Shown: positions 1 to 7,896 of the stretch, piece after piece
Position numbering within the stretch: position 1 is the stretch's first letter
Layout: each line of letters starts with the position of its first letter
From: an uncultured Nitrososphaeraceae archaeon
GTDB lineage: Archaea > Thermoproteota > Nitrososphaeria > Nitrososphaerales > Nitrososphaeraceae
Assembly (NCBI GenBank): GCA_963837175.1
Contig: CAWIMJ010000033.1
Span: 1-10,423, forward strand
Length of the DNA: 10,423 nt
Direction: 5' to 3'
Translations under genes and position numbers: made by a program
Notes under the pieces: generated by a model
What the model was told of the DNA's origin: nothing
What the model saw: only the letters and a program-made list of their open reading frames with translations
Databases searched by the model: none

Positions 1-244
1 TTCAAGCCCAGCAGTTATCTGTACAAGTAATTTAGAGGAAAGTGGACTAGTAGGATTTATAGCCTTTGTTCGAGTTTTTTATCATGACTTCATCATTCGG
101 TTAATATACAAAGTACAAAATAATCTATACTGATAGACAGAATCAAATATCAATTCTCAGTTCTACAATAAATAAGTTGACATCTTTCTATAGAGAATAT
201 GAAGTTTCATAAATCTTTTTCTAGTTGACCCAATTTACACGTAC

Positions 245-251
245 TTTATAA
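245..251 (+). promoter_or_regulatory. Possible archaeal TATA box for tfb
   Basis: TTTATAA 43-49 nt upstream of the ATG at 294. Weak evidence given the AT-rich background. Confidence 0.35.
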
Positions 252-293
252 GGACATAACGCAATTCTATAAGGTAGGAAGTCTTATACCCTA

Positions 294-1227
294 ATGCAAC
301 CCATTGTTCCTCCTATAACATGTTACCTATGCCTTAAAGATGAGAACGTTATCACAGACGTTGAATCTGGGGAAGTAATTTGTGGCAATTGCGGTACGGT
401 AATCACAGATAAGGCTCAAGATACCAATAGTCCAGAATGGCGTGCATTTACAGTTGAAGAAAAAAATAATAAAGCAAGAACTGGTGCTCCAACTTCTTTA
501 GCTGTTCACGATATGGGACTTTCAACCATTATTGGAAGAACTAACAGGGACGCTAGTGGACAGATCCTGGATGCATCTATGCGCTCTACAATAGAAAGAT
601 TAAGAACATGGGATGCTCGAATACAGGTTCATAATTCTGAAGGCAGGAATCTTAGGCAGGCTTTTCAGCAACTTGATACGCTAAAGGACAAACTTGGTCT
701 ATCAGATGCGATAGTTGAGAAAACAGCTTACATATATAGAAAGGCCTATGAAAAACAGTTGCCTCGCGGTAAGACGATTGCTGGAGTATTGACTGCAGCC
801 ATGTATATTGCTTGTAGAGATATGGGAATACCTAGAACACTCAAGGAAATATCTACAATTAGTAATATAAAACGTAAAGACATTGCAAGAAATTACCGAA
901 TGCTTGTGTTTGAGCTTGATATTATAATTCCAATAGTGGATCCCATGAACTGCATTATAAGAATTGCAAACAGAGTGAAGTTGAGCGATAAAACTAAACG
1001 TCACGCAATCAGAATGATGAACAACATTGCTAAAGAGGAAATAATATTGTCTGCTGGAAAAAATCCTATGGGATTTGCCGCATCCATACTTTATCTAGCA
1101 AGTATTATTACAAAAGATGATGATAATGTAACACAGATGGAATTGGCTGCTGCCTGCAGGAGTGACAGAGGTGACTATAAGAAATATATGCAAAGCTCTG
1201 AGAAGATATATTGATCTGACTAACTAA
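294..1227 (+). CDS. tfb: Transcription initiation factor IIB (TFB paralog) with a +1 frameshift near 1152-1155
   Basis: Zn ribbon CYLC...CGNCG, B-reader PEWRAF, HDMGLSTIIG, RLRTWD and two cyclin repeats (GKNPMGFAASILY). The called ORF ends at 1214 in unrelated sequence, but the frame from 1156 reads AGVTEVTIRNICKALRRYIDLTN* (TAA 1225-1227), the canonical TFB C-terminal helix. Confidence 0.95.
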
Positions 1228-1296
1228 TTAATTTCTTCAAATAAAAGAATAAATCTACTACAATAACCTTAATTCTATCCATTAGTATCATTTATC

Positions 1297-1473
1297 ATGC
1301 CAATTATAACAGTTGCAATGTATAGCGGAAAGACACAAGAAGAAAAAGACAGAATAGCCGAGGCAATTACTGACGATGTAGTGAAGATACTGGAAGTAGA
1401 GAAGAAAGATATTATAGTGGTATTTCAAGAAGATCCTCATGGAAATTGGTATTCTTCTGGTATTAGACTTTAA
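1297..1473 (+). CDS. 4-oxalocrotonate tautomerase family protein (58 aa; not in ORF track)
   Basis: Manual translation MPIITVAMYSGKTQEEKDRIAEAITDDVVKILEVEKKDIIVVFQEDPHGNWYSSGIRL*. It has the N-terminal catalytic Pro after Met removal, the G(R/K)TxExK motif, a late NW..G motif and the typical ~60-aa beta-alpha-beta size. Confidence 0.9.
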   Translation: MPIITVAMYSGKTQEEKDRIAEAITDDVVKILEVEKKDIIVVFQEDPHGNWYSSGIRL

Positions 1474-1506
1474 TAATAATGATAGGAATATGTGTGATAT
1501 TAGATA

Positions 1507-1674
1507 ATGAACGATGAACTGGATCTATTTGTTAGATGTTCGAGGTGTCAACATCAAAAGGTTGACCATGATAGAACTACTGCCAATAGGGACAAGATGA
1601 AATGTCTTATTGGTAATTGCACTTGTAAAAGCTTTATGCCAGATAGGAAATATTACAGATCATCTAAAAAATGA
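1507..1674 (+). CDS. Small Cys/His-rich putative metal-binding protein (55 aa; not in ORF track)
   Basis: Manual translation MNDELDLFVRCSRCQHQKVDHDRTTANRDKMKCLIGNCTCKSFMPDRKYYRSSKK*, with pattern CxxCxHx4H-x11-Cx4CxCxxF. Co-oriented with and 33 nt downstream of the tautomerase gene. Confidence 0.7.
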   Translation: MNDELDLFVRCSRCQHQKVDHDRTTANRDKMKCLIGNCTCKSFMPDRKYYRSSKK

Positions 1675-1783
1675 AGATAAAGAAACATGTACTTCATTAT
1701 ATCGAATGATGAAGTTTAACAGTAATATTATGACGGCTGAGCTACTTTTTACGGTTGTGGAATAAATGATTAGAGAAATATCT

Positions 1784-1799
1784 GCGTTGTTGCATAACT
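1784..1799. repeat. Candidate right terminal inverted repeat of the IS5-family remnant
   Basis: GCGTTGTTGCATAACT lies about 33 nt beyond the transposase stop and resembles IS903-group ends (..TGTTG.ATAA). No partner copy was found in the window. Confidence 0.4.
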
Positions 1800-1831
1800 C
1801 ATTAATCTCTATGCGGCGTTACTTTTTGAAG

Positions 1832-2440
1832 CTATTTTCTTGTAATAAATGTATTGTATAATAATGATGCTTTTAGCATCATTTCCTTAACCATGTTTGA
1901 ATATTTCCTTGCTGATACACATTTTCCAAACATCCTTTTAATGGATGAAAGAGAATACTACTGTCTCTGCTACTACCCATCTGTATATCCACATACATAC
2001 ATAACTAACACTATCCTTTCCATTTTTCAAAATTTTTCAGCTGTTGTAGGACAATAATATTTCTTGGATGAGAATAGGTTATCTTGTCGGCAGACGAATT
2101 CTTCCTTCCTTACCTTGATTGCGGCAGCTTCAATGCCATTATTTATCAGAAAGATATCTGAAATTCTCATTATTATTATAAGCCCTTCATCTGCAATCAC
2201 TCTTTTTTTTACATTATTATTCTCAGCAGCATTTTCTATCAGCTATTCTTTATTTAGCACCATCATTCCATCATATGTACTTCTTTGGTTGTAACTTCTA
2301 AGGATACAATTTTCTTTTTCTTGATATCTACTGCGACATGTGTATTTTGAGGTATCCTTTTCTTATATTCCATTTGTGAGCTAGCTAACCACTCTCCTCC
2401 TCTATTAAAACAGTACTCTCAGTTGCATCAAGATCATTTA
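1832..2440 (-). mobile_element. Degenerate IS5-family DDE transposase (pseudogene, 5' part missing)
   Basis: Minus-strand pieces in shifting frames and in the expected order: LDAT, NRG/GEWL, HKWNIRKGYLKI/HVAVDIKKKKIVSLEVTTKEVH/DG, RVIADE, NENFRYLS, QQLKNFEKWK, YRWVVAETVVFS, SSIKRMFGKCVSARKYSNMVKEMMLKASLYNTFITRK* (stop 1834-1832). The D..D..E layout and Y-R-x-E-x-K type signature are present. Confidence 0.88.
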
Positions 2441-2880
2441 TTACTTTCCCCATAAAGTCTGAGTTTTGCTTCGTCTATACTGTAGTTCTTCGTAGTGGCG
2501 CTATTAGTATTAATTACTATTATTATCATCTGTTTTTATTTTTGAGTTCGTAAATCCTTATTAAAGAAAGAACTATAAATAATTAGAGATTACATTCTGC
2601 TTTACAAATTGTTTCGCCAAACTAGAATATAACATTCCCAAGCGATGAACTAAAGGCTAAGTATGATGATTTAAATAAAGACAACAGAATATTGTTAACA
2701 AATGTTAAGAGAGCGTCAAGACAGTAAACACGAAGAAAAATTATGTCATGGACACGTATGGTAATATTTAGACAAGTTTACTATTCTTTGGAATACGTCA
2801 ATGGCTGTGTTAATATAAAGTAGTATAACTTTACTATAGGTTTATCTAATATATTTTCTAAGATAAAGCAGATAGATACC

Positions 2881-4302
2881 TTGGAATCTCAGGCAATTGT
2901 AAGAATAAATGGAGTACTGCCAGACATTTCGATATTAGGTGACGTAGAAAAGTCGGAAAGAGCAGCTGAGGTAAAAAGAACAGGCATGATGGCAAATACC
3001 TCATGTTCAATATTCGTTAAGGATAAGATGACGACGACATCTTCATCAATAACAACAAATAACAATAAAGTTTTCCATTTGCTAGTAGATATCGGTGAAG
3101 GCGTAGTCAAAAGCCTTGAAAAAATAGATCTATCTCCTTATGGTGATTTTAATGATCTTACTATCAAATCTGCTGCAATTCACCTACCAGATGCTATACT
3201 TATAACTCATTCACATGATGACCATATTAAGGAATTACCTCTACTCATCAATAATACAAATCAACAATCAAGAGCTTTGAAAATATTTTGTACTAAGGAG
3301 TGTCATGATCAAATTGTAAGTAAATTCCCTGAGGTTTCTAAAACAAATAATAATAAAGTATCCTTTAATATAATCCAACCAAATCAACCAATTGAAGTAG
3401 GCTCTATCTCAGCAATACCTATTTTGGCATACCACGGTGATAATTCTCCACCAGGTTCTGTCATATACATACTTAAGATACCAAATAAGAGAAAAATAAT
3501 AATTGGATGGGATTTTCTCTCATTGCCAGATGATGATGTTGATCAGAATTTATTCTGGAATCCTGACCTTATTATATTAGGTACTCAAAGTTATAATCCT
3601 CATCCTGAAACAGGATTAATATCTGTTAGTGATGCCATTGAACTTGTAAGAAGATGGAATGCAAAGGAATGTTATATAGTACATTATAGAGGCTTGATGG
3701 ATTTTGAAGAAGCAAAAAATCAATGGTTCAGAGGACCTACTAAAGCTATGAATAGTGAAGAGCTTCAAAAAACCATAGATGAAAACCTTAGAGTAACAGG
3801 AAGGGAAGGGAAATTCAAGATTACCGTAGCTAAGGAAGGAATGATCTGGACTGCAAAAAGTCAAGAACAAAAAGTAGAAGGACAAGAACAACCAAGACAA
3901 TTATCTTCTATTGGTAATGTTATTGAAATCGAATCCCTTCAAAACTATATTCTAAGATTTGAAAAGGAAGATAGAAATGATATGCTCAAACTTATGATAG
4001 AAGACAGAATTAACAGATTCGACCTCAAATTCACAAGTCCACATATAGATAGAAGTAATGACGATATTTTATACGCTCAAGGAGAAAAAGAAATGTTTTC
4101 AAAGGGTCCTGAATTGAAGATGGAAATAGTTCCATCATCATCAGAATCTCTGGACAAAGTAGAAGAAGCCTCTATAGTAAGAATAAATGTGTTCAAGGGA
4201 AAGAAGAGTATCTTCAAAGATGACATACTGTTAAGCAAAAAAGACACTGGAGAACTAAGAAGGTATATTAGAGAAAACTTTGTTGCTGAGATAATTACAT
4301 AA
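2881..4302 (+). CDS. Metallo-beta-lactamase-fold hydrolase (PhnP/PqqB-like) with an additional C-terminal domain
   Basis: 473-aa ORF with TTG start. Motifs LLVDIG, THSHDDH (HxHxDH), AYHG, GWD, IVHY and AKEGM at the domain end, followed by a Q/E-rich linker and about 135 extra residues. Confidence 0.88.
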   Translation: MESQAIVRINGVLPDISILGDVEKSERAAEVKRTGMMANTSCSIFVKDKMTTTSSSITTNNNKVFHLLVDIGEGVVKSLEKIDLSPYGDFNDLTIKSAAIHLPDAILITHSHDDHIKELPLLINNTNQQSRALKIFCTKECHDQIVSKFPEVSKTNNNKVSFNIIQPNQPIEVGSISAIPILAYHGDNSPPGSVIYILKIPNKRKIIIGWDFLSLPDDDVDQNLFWNPDLIILGTQSYNPHPETGLISVSDAIELVRRWNAKECYIVHYRGLMDFEEAKNQWFRGPTKAMNSEELQKTIDENLRVTGREGKFKITVAKEGMIWTAKSQEQKVEGQEQPRQLSSIGNVIEIESLQNYILRFEKEDRNDMLKLMIEDRINRFDLKFTSPHIDRSNDDILYAQGEKEMFSKGPELKMEIVPSSSESLDKVEEASIVRINVFKGKKSIFKDDILLSKKDTGELRRYIRENFVAEIIT

Positions 4303-4313
4303 AAAACAATAGG

Positions 4314-5005
4314 CTCTTTACATTTGCGCAAAGCCCAAAACATATAGCATTATATCAAAAATTTGACTTTTGGCCACATTTTCTTACAGCAGTTATGTCC
4401 AAAGATGTAATCTCAAAGAAGAATAATGGTATTAGATCTAATTTGAAATGGTCAAGGTATTCTAAGTTAATTGACAAAAAAGGGGAGTTAGTTAATACAC
4501 GACAACAAGAAGAGAATGAAAAAAAGAAAGAAAATATTTGGATATATGTAGTAAACTTACCAATGCTATTTATGATGGATTAGATGTAAGGCTTGAAATT
4601 ATGTCTGTTAACAAACAAGAACTTGGTGACACAGTATTACTTTGGGATGATGATAATCATAGTAATGATGGTAACTATAGCAGAACACTTGTAGGATTTG
4701 GAGTGTGCCACTGTGGTCCAGGCTCTGAAGCTGGTAGCAATACATGTTATATAAAATTTGGTGCAGTTAAGCCAGGGCCTACTGCTGGAAATAATTTTGA
4801 CAAATTGCTAGATGCTTGTGAAACATTCGCAGCAGAAGAGGGAATATCGCGTATAGTAGCTGGTGCCAACACAGGGCGTTATGAAGCCTATCGCAAGATG
4901 TTATCTAGAGGTTTTCAGACTGATTTGCTGGGAATAGCTATGCAAATATACAATGAATCAGGTTATAATAGATCTAATATCTATGTTATAGATGATTGGC
5001 GCTAG
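4314..5005 (+). pseudogene. GNAT-family N-acetyltransferase remnant (5'-truncated, one frameshift near 4530-4538)
   Basis: The frame from 4314 reads LFTFAQSPKHIALYQKFDFWPHFLTAVMSKD..., a GNAT motif B-like LYQKFxF that runs into ORF 4395. It then shifts to the ORF 4538 frame LDICSKL...CYIKFGAV...LLDACE...AYRKMLSRGF...YVIDDWR*, a second GNAT-like domain. No start codon or motif A is present upstream. Confidence 0.75.
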
Positions 5006-5217
5006 AATCCACTATATGCCTAAATTATGTCATCTAAATTCGATAGTATCACTGCAGCAATTAAATCATCGGCAAATAGCATCTTTGATATATGATAAAT
5101 ATTCCTGACCCTTCTATTGTATAGATATCACTTAATTGTATGTGTCTGGGAATATTATGAAGGCTATGATACTATGGAATTGGACGAAGAATAGATAGTA
5201 GTTATAGAATTTAGTTA

Positions 5218-5337
5218 GCGGGTTCGGTGGGATGCAATACACTAGTGTATGTAATCCACTTGCGCAATGTAAAATGATTTAGTCTAGAGGTTATTCCAAT
5301 TTGTTTTTAATGCAAGATATAGTTCATCTAAAATTTC
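5218..5337 (+). repeat. ~120-bp direct repeat, copy 1, with palindromic hairpin core
   Basis: Aligns by eye to 7776-7896: the first 45 nt are identical, followed by 7 substitutions and 3 single-base indels. Contains the perfect palindrome ATACACTAGTGTAT. Confidence 0.95.
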
Positions 5338-6042
5338 TTCAGAAATCCTAAAAGCCAGAGCAGAAATAGTACATGATGGATTCACACCTAAAGGACTAGG
5401 AAATATTGAGCCATCAACAACGTAAAAGCCACTATATTTAGCAGTTCCTGAATTTCCCCTGAAAATTCTACCCATGCTATCAACTACACCATCAGAAGCG
5501 TCCTTTCCCATAGGACACCCTCTTAGTGGATGTAGAACAAACTGTGTTTTATTTGCTGTACTCCAAAATGGAATAGCCAAACTATTTTCACCATTCCTTC
5601 CAATCTCTTTAGCAAGTAATTTCATTGCATTTATTATATCACTAAAAATTGGCTGATTCAAGTCATATGGATCTTTGAGAGTAAGACGATTACTATTATT
5701 TTTGTCAAGAACTAACTGAGCTTTAGGGTCATCTATTCCAATTCCTCCAAGCATCAACATATGATAAACACGTTCTTCAGGAGATTGTGACCGTCTCTTC
5801 TCATCTAATGTCAACCTTCTTAGATCTGTTATTATTTCTATCACCTTGTTTGTTAAAATATTTGATGACGATATATCAAGGCATTCTATTAACTTAAGTA
5901 ACCTATTCATAGTATCTGGATTGTTGATTCTACTGATAATTACCTCATTGAATCTATCTACAAGATTCTTATTTGGAACTAATGAGCTTCCCTTTTGCCA
6001 GGATATTTCATCAAATAGTGTTGCAAATACTTCTGCATTCAC
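5284..6042 (-). pseudogene. GMC oxidoreductase (cholesterol-oxidase-like) C-terminal fragment
   Basis: HPLRGCPMG (usually HPLGGC), GVVD, FYVVDGSIFPSPLGVNPSCTISALAFRI. There is no N-terminal FAD-binding GxGxxG region in frame, and the 252 aa is about half a normal GMC enzyme. Confidence 0.8.
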
Positions 6043-6509
6043 AAGGATTGCAATCCTTATTTGGTGGTCTTACTCAATTCCAAAGGAAAAAAGATGGAAT
6101 TGTTTTTATTCTTATCCTCCTAAGCCTCCTCCAATAGTACCATTAGCAGCAAGCCTCAATAATGGCCGGTACGCCACATATCGCCGGAAGGCCTGTAACG
6201 TGTCTTAATTCAAGATCTTATTTTCTCTCTTAATTCAGAAGCCATAAAGTCTTCTGGTTTATATCTGTACTTGTTCTTTTCTATGTAGCATTCCTAATAT
6301 ATGATATCTCTTTTTCCTTGATTTGCTGATGAAATATTGGAGAGTTTGCCCTTATGTTTACCAGCATATACCTCACAATGTCAGATTTACAAAGCTAGTT
6401 GCAATAATATCATCCTTAATCTTTAGAATATTCTTAACGATTACAAAAAGGGCTTTGTCAAGGTGTTACAGCAAACTCCCTCTCAATACAAAGTCTTGGA
6501 GCCTCTTAA

Positions 6510-7530
6510 TTATTGTTGCTTTTCGTCATCTCGTCGTAATTGATTATTGTTGTTGTTATTCTTACGTAGAATGTTACCCGGAACAAAAATCCATTGTCTT
6601 TTCCAAAACATATAGAATAAAATTGCAGAAATAACTGTCATTGCAACCAGTAATATTGTGAAGCCTTCTGGTATTGAATGAATATTGTTCAAATCAAATC
6701 CTTGCATTCCAAATATACTTGTAAGAAAAGTAAGTGGCAGCAATATTGAAGAAAAAACTGTAAGAATTCTCATTGTATCATTTAGCTGTAAGGATACACT
6801 TCCAGCATATATTTCCCGAGTTGAGTTTATAGTGTCTCGGTAGGATTCAACTAAATCAATTAATTGATTGATATCATCATATACTATTTGCAAATACTTT
6901 ATGTCTTCTTTATCTTCCTCAATGTGAGTCAAGAAATTCATAACATGTCTTGCTTGCCAAAAATGTCGTCTTAAAATTATGGCCTGTTTTGATAAAATAT
7001 CTAAATTTCCAAGTGTTCTTTTACTTGGCCGGTATAATGACTCTCTCAAATTCCATCACTTTAAGTTCTATTGCAGTTAAGAGCTGCTCATATTTTCCTA
7101 CTATGCTAGATAATATACTATAGTACAGAGCATCTACAGGAGATTCTAAAATTCTCTTATTCTTTTCTGCAAACATCTTTCTAACCCTCGTTATGAGATC
7201 TACATTAGAAGAATGAATGGTTATCAACCATCCTCTTCCAAGAAACAAGTATACTGCTTCAGTATCTAGATTATCTATGCTTTTATATTTCATATTAAGA
7301 AATATAGTGAAACTATGGTCTTCTAATACTCTTATCTGAGGCTTCTTTGATTTGTTCTCATAGCTTTCTAATGCCTTATTATCTAGATTAAAAGACTGCT
7401 GAAGATTAAAAAGTTCTGATACAGTAGGATTAACAATATCAATCCATAGATTATATCCTTTTTTGATGTCTTCTTTTGAACCTTGTCCTTCTTTTACTTC
7501 CCTTTCATTGTAACAAATAATGTTTTGCAT
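6510..7530 (-). CDS. corA: CorA-family Mg2+/divalent cation transporter, split by one frameshift at about 7040-7049
   Basis: N-half has WIDIVNP, KPQI and WLITIH. C-half has QLNDTMRILTVFSSILLPLTFLTSIFGMQG and two hydrophobic helices. The ORFs overlap at TTTGAGAGAGTCA, where one more GA unit would restore ...MEFERESLYRPSK. Confidence 0.9.
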
Positions 7531-7559
7531 TAATTGGTATTCTCAGTTAGCAAATGCAC

Positions 7560-7565
7560 TATAAA
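7560..7565 (-). promoter_or_regulatory. Probable TATA box for corA
   Basis: TTTATA on the minus strand 30-35 nt upstream of the ATG at 7530, the usual spacing for a leaderless or short-leader archaeal transcript. Confidence 0.5.
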
Positions 7566-7775
7566 GGATAATAATAGAATATAGTAGAGGGATACATTAG
7601 GATGTTAGACAAGATAGGCAGTAACAAGCGCCTAAAAAACAGATTCACTCATGGTCTCAATATTTGGTTTACTATGCCAAAATATTCGGCTTTGCAGGTA
7701 TGGGTTTGATGATATATTACGGAAGGTCAAGAAAAAGTAATCATGAGTGAACTGTTAAAGTTTAATCTATAGTCG

Positions 7776-7896
7776 GCGGGTTCGGTGGGATGCAATACAC
7801 TAGTGTATGTAATCCACTTGTGCAATGTAAAATAATTTAGTTTAAGAGGGTTATTCTAATTTGTTTTAATGTAAGATATAGTTCGTCCAAAATTTC
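7776..7896 (+). repeat. ~120-bp direct repeat, copy 2
   Basis: Same orientation as 5218-5337 and begins GCGGGTTCGGTGGGATGCAATACACTAGTGTATGTAATCCACTTG. Confidence 0.95.

Noticed and set aside
1-85. Possible start of a minus-strand gene running off the left edge (KTRTKAINPTSPLSSKLLVQITAGLE)
   Set aside because: It needs a frame repair to reach an ATG and is too short to identify.
702-1004. 100-aa minus-strand ORF
   Set aside because: Antisense shadow of tfb with no recognisable motif.
1854-2294. Plus-strand ORFs 1854-2057 and 2064-2294 (the second looks hydrophobic)
   Set aside because: Antisense shadows of the A-rich IS5 transposase remnant.
2626-2727. Coding-like stretch NITFPSDELKAKYDDLNKDNRILLTNVKRASRQ*
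   Set aside because: No start codon, an in-frame stop directly upstream and no recognisable family. At most an unidentifiable gene tail.
2889-4343. Minus-strand ORFs 2889-3110, 3616-3900 and 4077-4343
   Set aside because: Antisense shadows of the MBL hydrolase.
5218-5290. GCGGGTTCG as a tRNA T-arm or tRNA-derived att site
   Set aside because: It is not followed by the RATCCC-type 3' strand of the T stem, and no cloverleaf or acceptor stem can be built.
6112-6135. Minus-strand IGGGLGG as the missing FAD-binding motif of the GMC enzyme
   Set aside because: It is followed immediately by a stop, lacks the preceding hydrophobic strand and is far too close to the C-terminal fragment.
5474-6208. 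Plus-strand ORFs 5474-5656 and 5846-6208
   Set aside because: Largely antisense to the GMC fragment, with no motifs.
6361-6381. PAYTSQC resembling the TnpB zinc-finger lead-in
   Set aside because: No CxxC pairs, no D.NA..NI RuvC motif and no other TnpB sequence nearby. ORF 6323-6634 in this region also has no support.
5218-7896. The palindromic repeat as a CRISPR repeat
   Set aside because: Only two copies 2.5 kb apart, similarity extends over 120 bp, and there are no spacers or cas genes.
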